A DNA stretch of 64,000 nt from the human T2T-CHM13v2.0 reference genome, Homo sapiens, in the NCBI RefSeq assembly GCF_009914755.1, contig NC_060927.1, one strand, 5' to 3'. Of the stretch, positions 1 to 12,785 are shown piece after piece (positions within the stretch are counted from its first letter, which is position 1; each line of letters begins with the position of its first letter). The notes under the pieces were generated by a model. It did no database searches. It was not told the DNA's origin and saw nothing but the letters and a program-made list of their open reading frames with translations. The position numbers and the translations under genes are program-made.

Positions 1-169
1 GTTGTAGGTGTACAACATTATTTCTGGGCCCATTATTCTGTTCCATTGGTCTGTGTGTCTGTTTTTGTGCTAGTGCCATGCTGTTCTGGTTACTGTAGCT
101 CTGTAGTATAGTGTGAAGTTGGGTCATGTGATACTTCCAGCTTGTTCTTTTTGCTTAGGATTTCCTTGG
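1..169 (-). mobile_element. L1 ORF2 3' portion (L1PB/L1MA-age), interrupted by THE1
   Basis: Same antisense ORF2 text as the L1s at about 55440-55570 and 62420-62550 (ctgttccattggtc...ttgttctttttgcttagga). Confidence 0.9.
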
Positions 170-541
170 TGTATTAGTCTATTTTCATGTTGCTGATAAA
201 CACACACCCAAGACTGGGCAATTTACAAGAAAAAAAAAAAGGAGGTTTATTGGACTTACAGTTCCACGTAGCTGGGGAGGCCTCACAATCATGGCAGAAG
301 GTGAGGAGGAGCAGGTCACATCTTACATTGATGGCAGCAGGCAAAAGACAGCTTGTGCAGGGAAACTCCCATTTTTAAAACCATCAGATCTTGGTAGACC
401 CATTCACTATCATGAGACCAGCATGAGAAACACCTGCCCCCATGATTCAATCATCTTTCACTGGCTCTCTCCCACAACACCTGGGAATTATGGGAACTAC
501 AAGATGAAATTTGGGTGGGGACACAGAGCCAAACCATATCA
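170..541 (-). mobile_element. THE1C/THE1D-like LTR (ERVL-MaLR), 3' LTR
   Basis: Starts tgtattagtc and ends gggacacagagccaaaccatatca, the reverse complement of the THE1 LTR termini. Confidence 0.92.
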
Positions 542-1974
542 TTCCCCCACCTAGCCCCGCTCAAGTCTCATATCTTCACATTTTAAAAACAATCATGCCT
601 TCCCAACAGTCCCCCAAAGTCTTAACTCAGTTCAGCATTAACTCAAAAGTCCACGGTCCAAAGTCTCGTCTGAGGCAGCCAAGTCCCTTCTGCCCATATG
701 CCTGTAAAATCAAAAGCAAGTTAGTTACTTCCTAGATACAATGGGGATACAGGCATTGGGTAAATATAGCCATTTCAAATGGGAGAAATTGGCCAAAGCA
801 AAGGGACTACAGGCCCCACGTAAGTCCAAAATCCAGCAGGGGAGTCAAATCTTAAAGCTCCAAAATGATCTCCTTTGGCTCCATGTCTCACATTTAGGTC
901 ACATTGATGCAAGAGGTGGGTTCCAATGGTCTTGGGAAGCTCCACCCCTGTGGCTCTGCAGGGTATAACCTGTCTCCTGGCTGCTTTCACAGGCTGGTGT
1001 TGAATGGCTGCAGCTTTTCCAGGCACATGGTGCAAGCTGTCAGTGGATCTACCATTCTGGTGTCTGGAGGATGGTGGCCCTCTTTTCACAGCTCCATTAG
1101 GTGGTGCCCCAGTAGGGACTATGTGGGGGGACTTCAACCCCGCATTTCCCTTCCACACTGTGCTAGCAGAGGTTCTCTGTGAGGACCCTGACCCTGTAGC
1201 AAACTTCTGCCTAGACATCAGACATTTCCATACATCCTCTGAAATCAAGGCGGAGGTTCCCAAACCTCAATTCTTGACTTCTGTGCACCTGCAGGCTCAA
1301 TACCACGTGGAAGCTGCCAAGGCTTGGGGCTTGCACCCTCTGAAGCCACAGCCTGAGCTGTACCTTGGCCCCTTTTAATCATGGCTGGAGTGGCTGTAAT
1401 GCAGGGCACCAGGTCCCTAGACTGCATACAGCATGGGAACCCTGGGCCTGGCCCACAAAACCATTTTTTCTTCCCAGGCCTCTGGGCCTGTGATGGGAGG
1501 GGCTGCCATGAAGACCTCTGACATGCCCTGGAGACATTTTTTCCATTGTCTTAGGGATTAACATTCGGCCACTTGTTACTTATGCAATTTTCTGCAGCAG
1601 GCTTGAATTTCTCCTCAGAAAATGGGTTTTTCTTTTCTACCACAGTGTCAGGCTGCAAATTTTCCAAACTTTATGCTCGCTTCTCTCATAAAATTGAATG
1701 CCTTTAACAGCACCCAAGTCACCTCTTGAAAGCTTTGCTGCTTAGAAATTACTTCTGCCCGATACCCTAAACCATCTCTCCAAAGTTCAAAGTTCCACAC
1801 ATCTCTAGGGCAGGGGCAAAATTCCACCAGTCTCTTTGTTAAAACATAACAAGAGTCACCTTTGTTCCAGTTCCCAACAAGTTCCTCATTTCCATCTGAG
1901 ACCACCTCAGTCTGGACTTTATTGTCCATATCGTTATCAACATTTTGGGCAAAGCCATTCCACAAGTCTCTAGG
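542..1974 (-). mobile_element. THE1 internal region, truncated at 1974
   Basis: Typical MaLR internal text (cccaacagtcccccaaagtcttaactc; ggaagctgccaaggcttggggcttgcaccctctgaagcc). Stops abruptly at ...aagtctctagg. Confidence 0.9.
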
Positions 1975-3934
1975 TACTGGTGCCATAACCCTAGCGGAGC
2001 TACAGTTGTGCTGCCTGACAGCAATAAGATTCCTCTCCAGTCTCCTTGCTGGATGGGACTTGGCACCAGCTTCTAGCCCAATGGTACCGCTTCTGTGTGA
2101 ATTCAGCTGTAGGGTGCAACTTCCTGTTGTCCTGAAAAACACCTGGATGGCAGAGTGTGCAACCCCACCCACCACTGCCACTGGTAACCAGATGGGCAAT
2201 GCCTACTAGAGCTTTAGGCTCAGCATCCCTGATCTGTGTAAACTCAGCTAGAGGGAACAGCTTCCTATTGTCCCAGGAAACATCCAGATGGCAGAGCATG
2301 TGACGCTGCCACTGGTAACCAGATGGGCAACACCTACTAGAGCTTCCAGCTCAGTGGTCCCACTGTGAACTCAGCCAGTGGGTGCAGCCTCCTGTTGTTA
2401 CAGGAAGCACCCAGACAGCAGGGCAGGTGACCCCAGTAAGCCCCACTGCTGATAGCCAGGAAGGCAATACCTGCTAGAGCTTCCACCCATCAGTCCTACT
2501 TCTGTGGGAACTCAGCTGGAGGGTGCAGCCTCCTGTTGTCTTGGGAAACACCCAGACAGCAGGGCACGTGACTCCTGGCCATTATAAGACAGAACCTTAC
2601 TGAGCTGAAAAACACACTAGTAGAATTTCATAATGCAATTGTAAGTATTAACAGCAGAATTGACCAAGGTGAGAAAAGAATCTTAGAGCTTGAAAACTGG
2701 CTCTCCAAAACAACTCAGTTAGATAAAAATAAAGAAAAAAATAATAAAGAAGAATAAACAAAGCCTCCAAGAAATATGGGATTATATAAAGAGACCAAAT
2801 CTCATTCTTTTCATCTGTACATGGCATATACTCTAAAATTGACCACACAATCCGGCATAAACCAATCCTCAGCAAATTAAAAAAAAAATTATACCAACCA
2901 TGCTCTTGGACCACAGTGTGATAAAAATAGAAATCAAGCTAAGAAAATCACTCAAAACCATACAATTACATACAAATTAAACAACCTGCTCTTGAATGAC
3001 TTCTGGGTAAATAACAAAATTAAGACAGAAATGAAGAATTCTTTGAAATGAATAAGAAAAAAGATACAACATAACCAGAATCTCTGGGACACAGCCAAAG
3101 CAGTGTGAAGAGGGAAGTTTATAGCACTAAATACCTGCATCAAAAGATAGAAAGATCTCTAACAGGCTAACATCACAATTAGAGGAACTAAAGAAACAAG
3201 AGCAAACCAACCCCAAGGCTAGCTGAAGACAAGAAATAACCAAAATCAGAACTGAACTGAAGGAAACTGAGATGCAGAAATCTATACAAAAGATCAATGA
3301 ATCCAGGAGTTTGTTCTTTGAGGGAATTAATAATATAGATAGATCACTGGCTAGACTAAAAAGAAAAAAGAGAGAATATCCAAATAAACACAATCAGAAA
3401 TGACAAAATGGACACCACCACTGACCCCACGGAATATAAAAAACATTCAGAGACTATTATGAACACCTCTATGAACACAAACTAGAAAACCTAAAAGAAA
3501 TAGATAAATTCCTGGAATGGTACGACCTCCCAAGTTTGAATCAAGAGGAGACTAAATCCTTGGACAGAACAATAATGAGATCTGAAGATGAATCAGATCA
3601 TTAATAAAGAACCTACCAACCAGCAAAAGCCCAGGACCACATGGATTCATGGCTGATTCTACCAGATGTATAAGGAAAAGTTTGTGCCATTCCTACTGAA
3701 ATTATTCCCAAAAATTGAGGAGGATAGACTCTTCTCTAACTCATTGTATAAGGCCAGCATTATCCTGATCCCAAAACCTGGCAGAGACATAACAAAAAAG
3801 GAAAACGTTAGGCCAACATCCTTAGTAAACATAGATGCAAAAATTCTCAACAAAATACTGGGAAATCAAGTCTAGCAGCACATCAAACAACTAATCCACT
3901 TCAATCAAATAGGCTTTATTCCTGGAATGCAAGG
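1975..3934 (+). mobile_element. Inverted L1 segment: 5'UTR repeats, ORF1 fragment, ORF2 endonuclease to start of RT
   Basis: ORF1-like text at 2581-2802, ORF2-like text at 2803-3934 (ORF 3666-3875 ...[23 protein letters not shown]...). Opposite strand to the flanking L1 pieces. Confidence 0.88.
2060..2575 (+). repeat. Diverged tandem repeat, about 135-bp unit, about 3.7 copies, in the L1 5'UTR
   Basis: Anchor ctgtg..a(a/t)(c/t)tcagc recurs at about 2093, 2234, 2363 and 2501; ctgccactggtaaccagatgggcaa occurs twice exactly. Confidence 0.85.
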
Positions 3935-4091
3935 CCAGTAGAGATCCCCTTGGACTGTGACTTGCTACCATAAAACATCCAGGTGGCTCTCTGCTTCAGT
4001 CTTGAAGCATGGTAGGGGGGGATTGGTGGACGATGGGGATTCTCCCATTCCCAGTCTTGCACAGGTCCCTATGGAGAGCATGAAACCCCTT
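3935..4091 (-). mobile_element. L1 5'UTR fragment
   Basis: Reads continuously into 4352 onward (aaaccccttg|ggggctttcactcac) once the THE1 piece is removed. Confidence 0.65.
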
Positions 4092-4104
4092 GTGTGTGGT
4101 TGGG

Positions 4105-4351
4105 CTGGGTATGTGTTTATCAGCAGTATGAAAACAAACTAATTTAGTAAGTTGGTATTGGGAGTGGGGAGTTGCTGGAAAAATACCCAAAAATGTGGAG
4201 GCAATTTTGGAACTGGGTAACAGGCAGAGGTTGGAACAATTTGGAGGGCTCAGAAGACAGGAAAATGTGGGAAAGTTTGGAACTCCCTAGAGACTTGTTG
4301 AATGGCTTTGCCCAAAATGCTGATAACATTATGGACAATATGGACAATAAA
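4105..4351 (+). mobile_element. THE1 fragment: end of 5' LTR plus start of internal region
   Basis: gtgtttatcagcagtatgaaaacaaactaat followed by ggaactgggtaacaggcagaggttggaac...cctagagacttgttgaatggctttgcccaaaatg. Confidence 0.88.
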
Positions 4352-4590
4352 GGGGGCTTTCACTCACTTACTCTTTCCTGTGTTGTAGTGGTTCTCTTGG
4401 CCCTGCACTGAGCCCAGACAGGCTGTTGCCCAGCTTTGCTCCTCTGCTTTCTGTGTTCCCCTGATGCCTTGATGGATCCTGACATGGTTTCTCAGATGAT
4501 TGGCCTGCAGGGTCAGTCGTCATCAGCCCTTTGGTTTCCTCTCCATGAGAGTGGCACACATGAGCTGCTTCTAGTCTGCCATCTTGGCCC
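4352..4590 (-). mobile_element. L1 5' end (5'UTR start)
   Basis: Reverse complement begins GGCCAAGATGGCAGACTAGAAGCAGC, an L1 5' terminus with the YY1-type CAAGATGGC motif. Confidence 0.8.
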
Positions 4591-6639
4591 TGCAAACACA
4601 TTTTTTTTTAGCACCTCCTATGTACTAGGCCTTGGAGAGGTAATGGGATCAGGATAGACACAGTTCCAGGCTTTGAGCTCTGATGTAAAGATGGACAGTT
4701 AAACAATCAGTTATAATCAGTGTGACACATTGTTACAAGGAACAGAAAGACAGTCATAGGAGCCCAAAGCAAAGCTACTTTTATGCAGTCCATAGGTATA
4801 GTACCTTGAACTTAGCAGGTACTCAATAAATATTAATAGATTGAAAATGTTCACAATTTTGCCCTGAGCTTGAGAACTTGATATAGTTGAAAATAGGCAA
4901 TATTGTAGGCTGGCGTCTTGCAACCTGAAGTCAGGCTACCTCAGATTTCGCAGGGGGTCATGAGATAGAGGGCTTCAACCTGCTCCCCAGCGGAACCCTC
5001 AGCACTGCCGGCGGCAGGTTGTCCCAGGTCTGCCTGTTCATGATCTCTCTGCTGCCCTGTTAACAACTTAACCCAATGACCCAAAGCTTCATATGTCTCT
5101 AAGGATCTATCCCTGCACTGAGGGGCTCGTCTTACTTGTGTTTTCCAGCTCTCCCTTTTTTCCCCCACCTTTGGCTTCTTTGTTAGTGTTGACTTTGAAG
5201 AGATAAGGCTTATTTTTCTAGCAGTAATGTATTTCAGGAAACATTGAAACAAAGGCAAATCATTTTTTTTCTTTCTCCATTTTACTGCAATTGTGATTAT
5301 TTTGTGAAGGATTGAGAGAGAGGTCACAGGTACCCTCAGCGGGCCCACAGATGGATGTCTGCAGGCCATGATACCCACAAGAGCAGGTCTTCTATTTATG
5401 ATGCTCATTCCAAATGTATGCAGCTCTCTGAGGCATCCCTCAGACTTGCTCCTTCCCCTTGAAGTCCCAGAACACTTCCCACATAGATCCAAGGACAATG
5501 TGCCTTCCAATTCTCCTCAAACCAGTGTGTGTTCTCCAGGAGCTGCTGATGAGGATGGGAAAGAGAATTGTGTTACTCTGATCTTTGCTCTTGACAACCT
5601 TCCTTATGTGTGATGAAATATAAATAGTATATGCCATGATTCACTATTAAACCTAGAAGAGAAACGACACTGCGATTCATAAATTAATGTTAAATCTATC
5701 TTCTGCGGTGATTGCAGGATTAGGGGGAGCTCACTCGCCTGTAGTTAGCAATGATAAATGATTTCTGAAGAATTTGTTACTTAGTTTTCAGTGGCAATAT
5801 TAAGAAAAATATTAAAACTACTTTATAGAATCATGAGTGTAGCATTTGGTAAAGTGGCTTTTTTTCCCAATGCCTCTTTTTTTTTTTTTTTTTTAAATCA
5901 CGTGGCCTTATAATTACCTGAACTTCTTGACATACTAATTAACTCTGATTTAAAACAGCCATTATTTTTAGAGTTAAGCTTAGTGAACATTGTCTGATAT
6001 TATTATGTGACCATTAATATGACTAGGGAAAAATGAGATAAGGAAAAGAAGAAGACAGTAATTAAGATGAGTAATTTGGTAACAAAGTTGAACTAAAGCA
6101 GGTTGGTGACTCTTCGGCATGTGATAATGTACATTATTGGCATAATTTATCTTTTAAATTAAATTACTCTACTTATCCCAGGCCCCATGTAGGTTAGGTT
6201 TTGTTTTTATAGTTATTGGTACATGAAGTGATAGACTTGAGAATAAGTCCTAGGAAGCCATCCCTCTGCAAATTCAGAAACTTTGACCTCTGAATGTTTT
6301 ATGAAACTAACTAGATCTTGGTGCTATACGAATAGGTACAAGGGGAAAAATTCAGAATGTATCCAATGGGGGAAATTTTTTTTTTGCAGCTTACAATAGG
6401 ACCCAAATCAAAACGTCTCTTCTCATTCTTGAAAAGGGTGGGCAACAAGCTGCTAGCTGTGGCAAGACCACAATAGCGAAGGTCAATAAAATTACAAAAG
6501 TATGGCATAAATGAAGTCAACATTCCTCATCTACTCAATAAAGAGTATATTTCTTGTGATGAAGACACTCCATCCAATATAAAAGAAGAAATTAAATTAT
6601 CTGTATGCTTTATCTAAGGGGCTCCATCATGTGGATATA

Positions 6640-7894
<1,255 letters not shown>

Positions 7895-7919
7895 TAAAGT
7901 ACAGGTTCTCAGACTACCT

Positions 7920-8436
7920 ATATCATTTAGGAATATGTTTGCTTTCAGGTAAGAGAATAACCAATCAGAAGTGGCTTAAACAAATAAGGGCTGAGCTTCA
8001 TCAAATCAAAGGATATGCAGAGGTATGTGGCTCAGAGCTGGTGCTCAACAAAGTTATCAAAGACCCAAGCTCTTTGTAGATCCTCGTTATGCTATCCTTA
8101 GTGTTTGAGTTATTGCCTATGGTAACATGATAGCAACTGCATCTCCAGGTCACAGTGTCCACATTTAAGTCATTTGAATCAGGAGGAAGTGGGAGGAGTG
8201 ATGCCAGAGACATTGATCTTTTTCTAATCAAGAAAGCAAAAGTTTTCTTAGAAGCTCTCATTCAGAGACTTCCACTTATCTTAATGACTAGAACTGTGTC
8301 ACATGGCAAACCCTACCTAGCTGTAAGGGAGTGTGAAAAAGAGAATTTTAGCTGATGCCCTGTACAAAATTGGGGTTATGTTAGCAAGAAGCAAGGGGCA
8401 CTTGACATTGGGTAGAAAATAAACAATGTCTGCCAC
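7920..8436 (-). mobile_element. MLT1K/L-like old MaLR solo LTR
   Basis: agtggcttaaacaaataaggg; agaactgtgtcacatggc; ends tgtctgccac. Confidence 0.7.
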
Positions 8437-9169
8437 CCTGGAAGTTCCAATTTAGAAGGTCTGGGACAGGAGAAGGTGAGGAGGCTGATGGTGCCACATA
8501 TTCTAATGCGTGTTGAGATTGAATATTGACTGGTGTAGACAACAAGTAGAGCTCAGGAATGTGCTCAGAAGTGGTTCCTGTTTGTCCTCAATTCTTATAC
8601 AGTCTATTCTGCCACTTACCTAGTGACAGATTAAGGAAGGCAACAGATTTGGGTCAATCTATCTTCTGAGGCTACCCTTTAGACATCTTTCTATGGAGTA
8701 AATTAGTTTATTAAATCAGAGGTAATTCCTTTTCTAAAATGTTGTATTTTCTTATTTGAGGACCCCATGCATTCTTTGGATCAGGATGGTTTTGGAAACA
8801 CAACTTTCTCCAGTTGCTCAACGAGATGGTAGTTTCTGTACCCCCATCCCCCCAGTTCTACTCTACATCAGGTTTACTCCGCCATGCTTATCACACGGCT
8901 CAGAACAAGAGTGAATGGCAGTCCCAGTTATCTTGAGCTTAGGTACAATACAACGTGTCACTCTCCATTATGGAAATTATCATTAATTATTAACATGAAA
9001 ATCTTTGACATGATATATTGTCCACATTGTCACTGCCAAGAAGGGGACGATGATTAATGAGTGCCCCTTGGAGGGAATACAATAAAGTGCGATGTAGGAA
9101 AGGAAGCTTGTAAGTTTAGCAAAGAAGCAGAATATTGAATACTTTGGTTTCTCTCTCCCTCTCTTTTTC

Positions 9170-9170
<1 letters not shown>

Positions 9171-9250
<80 letters not shown>
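9171..9250. repeat. Compound microsatellite (AC)22(TC)18
   Basis: Read directly from the sequence. Confidence 0.97.
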
Positions 9251-9252
<2 letters not shown>

Positions 9253-9529
9253 GTTTAAAAAAAGCAGCCATTTACCAAGCTGAAAAATAAATATAATTTT
9301 TAAAAATTCTATGCAACATGACATTTTAGGGTTTCTTGTTGTTTTCATCTAATCCCTTGAGCCTGATATTACAGGTAGGGCCTATTCAGGACAGAGTTAA
9401 TCCTTAGAACTAGTCACCTCCTTTATGTACTTTCCTATATGCTTTTAGGGCAACATTTTCTATGTGTCTAGGTCTTCCCTGGAAGCATGCTATGTCCTGG
9501 AACTTTCCCAACTGACACCTTTACCCATT

Positions 9530-9820
9530 TTGACAAGAGTTCTAGAAGTAAGCAGTCCAGGGGTGGTACAGAGGCTAAGCCATGGTACCAGGAACCCAGC
9601 CTCCTTCTAGCCTCTGCTTCCCCATCTAGCTTATTGGCTTGTTGTCTCATGGTTGCAGTACAGCTGCTGCAGCTCCACACATCCCACCCATGTTCAAAAT
9701 TAAAAGAAGGAGGTAGAGTGGTGCCAGCAATATCTATTTCCTTTTCATTAGCAAAGAAAGTGCTTCACCAGAAATCCCCAAACTATAAGGAGAGCTGGGG
9801 AAAGGACTATTTGGTTTAGC
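9530..9820 (-). mobile_element. MLT1-like LTR fragment
   Basis: gtaagcagtccaggg...ggaacccagcctccttctag...ctcatggttgcag..gctgctgcagctcca. Confidence 0.55.
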
Positions 9821-10484
9821 AAAACAGAAGTTCTGGAAGCTAGAACAAAGGGAAGCATAGATTGATGTCTGCAATTAGCTGGATGATGACTATAGCAATG
9901 ACCATGAGTTATAGGTGACATTTGTTCTCACACATAGATAACAAGTGAATATTCCTACACAGACACATATTATATTGGGACACGAGGCTTGAAGGCCGGC
10001 TGGTGAGGGATGTGGGTCCTTTCAGGTCAGACCCTGTGAACTTCTGCTATGTGTAAGATTGGAGCTGTCCGTATGACTTCATTTTCTGTGAACTTCAGCA
10101 ATAAATCAGTGGTTCCTGGTCTGGGTCTTCGGGAGCATCTATCACTGAGTAAAGGCAGGAAAGATTTCTGATCCCAGAATCCATCTCTACCAAAAGAGAA
10201 TATACAACTCTGGCACAGCATGTAATATTTGCTCTTAGCTGGAGGACCAGCAATTAACAATATTTTATCATAAAATGTCAACAGAATATTGATGCAATCA
10301 TCTGGGTTAAAATAAAAATAAAAACTGCCACTATGTTCAGAACACTGGCATTCTTTTCTCATGGACTAATCGTTATTTATTATTGTCCTTTCACCTCCTC
10401 CATCCCATTTTTAAAACTGCTCTTATTTGCATAATAACTATAGCTTGTTATTAAAATCACCATGGATATCTTATGGCTGCTGTT

Positions 10485-11660
10485 TTTTTAAAATAGTTTT
10501 TAAATTGAGGAATAATTTATATACAGTGCAATCCTCAGATCCTACATATACCGTTCAGTTAGTTTCAATGAATGTATGGCAAGGCACAGAGTAGGCCCTT
10601 TTCTGTTGTTCCTCCACCCATACCCCAGCATAGGCAGCCATGAATCTGATTTCTGTCACTAAATGTTAGTTTTGCCTATTTTAGAATTTCATATAAATGG
10701 AATCATTTGGAATGTACTTTAGTTTTCAGTTTGGCTTCTTTCACCCAGCATAATGTTTTTTGAGATTGATCCATGTTGTTACATGTGTCAGTAGATTATG
10801 CCTTTTTTTGCTTATTAGTGTTTAACTATGTGACTGTAATTTATTGACCCGTTATCCCGATGACAAACATCTGGCTCCTTTCCAGCTTTGAGCTTTTAAC
10901 AATAAAGCTGCTATGAATATTTGCGTATAAGGCTTTTTGTGGACAAATATTTTGATTTCTTTTGGATAAAAAACTAGAAATGGAATTGGTGCTGTGGAGT
11001 ATTATATGTTTAACGTTTTTAGAAATTGCCAAACAGTTTTCTAAAGTCGTACCATTTTATACTCTCTCCAGCAGTGTATGAGTGCTCCATTTGCTCCATA
11101 TCCCCTCCAAAATCTTGTCTGATTGTCTTAATTTTATGATGGGTGGGTTGTGTTATCTCACGTTTTCAATTTGTATTTCATCAATGACCAATGATGGTTA
11201 AACATGTTTTCATTTCTTTATTGGCTATTTGCATATCTTCTTTTATAAAGTGTCTGTTAAAATCCTTTTTTCCAAATTTTTTTGTTAGGTGGTTTGCCTT
11301 TTTATTATTGAGTTGCAGGGGTTCTTTATATATTCTGGGTATAAGTACTTCATCAAACATGCCTATTGCAGATAGTTTTTCTTGGTCTGTGTTTTGCCTG
11401 CTATTTTCCTTTATAGTGTTTTTGATAACCAGAAGCTCTTGATCTAAATAAAGTCCAAGTTGTTATGTTTTTCTTTTATGGTTTATGCTTTCTATTTCTT
11501 CTGTAAGAAATTTTTGCTTACCTCAAAGTCACAAAGATATTCTCTGATTTCTTGTAATAATTCTACAATTTTAACTTCTATATCTATGATTCATATGGAA
11601 TTGATATTTTCTATGGTGTGAGATGAGGTATGACTGTCTTTTCTTTACTCAGATATGCAA
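10485..11660 (-). mobile_element. Old L1M (L1MC/ME-like) 3' region
   Basis: ttttgcctattttagaatttcatataaatggaatc; aataaagctgctatgaatatt; ttggctatttgcatatcttc. Confidence 0.8.
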
Positions 11661-11754
11661 TATGATAACACTTGGAAAATCTGGTAAGCTTTCAAAATCG
11701 GAGACACTCTTGGTTTCTGGCCACCCTGCTATGGTTAATGGATAGAGAATATGT

Positions 11755-11885
11755 ATTGTTCAGTGACTAAGAGCATGCTTTGGAGTCACAGTTCTGCCAG
11801 TTGCTAACTATGTGACATGTGCAAGTTCATCTTCGCTCTTTAGTTCTTCATCTATAAAAAATGGTATCCAGTTACAGGGTTCATA
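11755..11885 (+). mobile_element. MIR fragment
   Basis: aagagcatgctttggagtcaca...ctatgtgac...ttcttcatctataaaa core. Confidence 0.6.
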
Positions 11886-12109
11886 TAAAGTCTCTATCAA
11901 CAAAATAACAATCACGTTAATATTTGTCAGGTATTCTTTGAGTACTGGTACTTGGAGGTTAATGTGAAAGTGAAAAGAATTTGTACATTTAAAGCACGTA
12001 AAAAGTACCTGAGACAGACTAACCACTTTATAATATTAGCTATAATATAGAATAAAGATATAGCCCAACTCCATTTTCTCCCCTTGATCTTTTGTACTCT
12101 GGACTGGCC

Positions 12110-12380
12110 ATTCATTGAGTGCTTGCTATGGGGAGAACTTCTGTTAGGTGCTGGGACGGTGCAGTGAACAGGACAGACATGGTCTCTGCTCTCATGGAGC
12201 TTTCAACCTAGTGAGGGGAAAAGACATTAAACAAATATCATGACAAGTGGTTTGAAGAGTAAGTATAGAGTGTTAAGATAGTCTAAAATCCAAAGATCAT
12301 GTCCCTTGTGGGGAGTCAGGGAAAGCCTTTCTAAAGAAGTGAGTTTTAAGTAGGCCAGAAATGAAGAAACACAGAACAGT
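12110..12380 (-). mobile_element. L2 3' fragment
   Basis: cattgagtgcttgctatg...gtgaacaggacagacatggtctctgctctcatggagc. Confidence 0.7.
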
Positions 12381-12731
12381 CTGATGGAGGCTAAGCTTGT
12401 TAAAGGCAGAAACCTATATATGTTTATGGTTCCCTATAACACCTAGTTGAGTGATGACCTAGAGAAGATTAAATGCTCTTTGAGAATCGATAATGTCATA
12501 TAAGGGGAAAGAGGTAAAGAGCAGTGCCTATCAACTAAGTGGTCTCTAAATGAATGATTGAATGAAGGAATAAAATATAATTATCAGGTATTTGTATTTA
12601 TTAGGCAGCATTTAGGTATAGTGGATTCTTCAGATGTCAATCCTGAGTTTTCTATTCGTTCGGGGAATATATCGAGCAATTTTTATGTGCCTCAGTTGCT
12701 AAAATGCTGCCTGAATCCCCTCTCTTCTCAG

Positions 12732-12785
12732 GGGAGTCAGAAAGGCTGGCCTGGACAGGGATTCATGAAGCTGGAGTAGGGGCAG
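12732..12785 (+). other. Candidate 54-nt exon
   Basis: Acceptor cccctctcttctcag|G and donor CAG|GTAAGG; splice signals only. Confidence 0.3.

Noticed and set aside
775-2209. ORFs of 115-183 aa
   Set aside because: They lie in the THE1 internal region or span the rearrangement junction; decayed MaLR sequence.
2060-2575. Regularly spaced repeats considered as a CRISPR-like array
   Set aside because: Whole units are homologous with no unique spacers, the context is a eukaryotic L1, and there are no cas genes.
4941-5510. 189-aa minus-strand ORF
   Set aside because: No recognisable domain; it crosses AT-rich intron-like sequence and has no consistent splice frame.
6390-6481. Possible exon encoding ...SCGKTTIAK (P-loop-like)
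   Set aside because: Does not fit [AG]x4GK[ST] and the donor is weak; likely chance.
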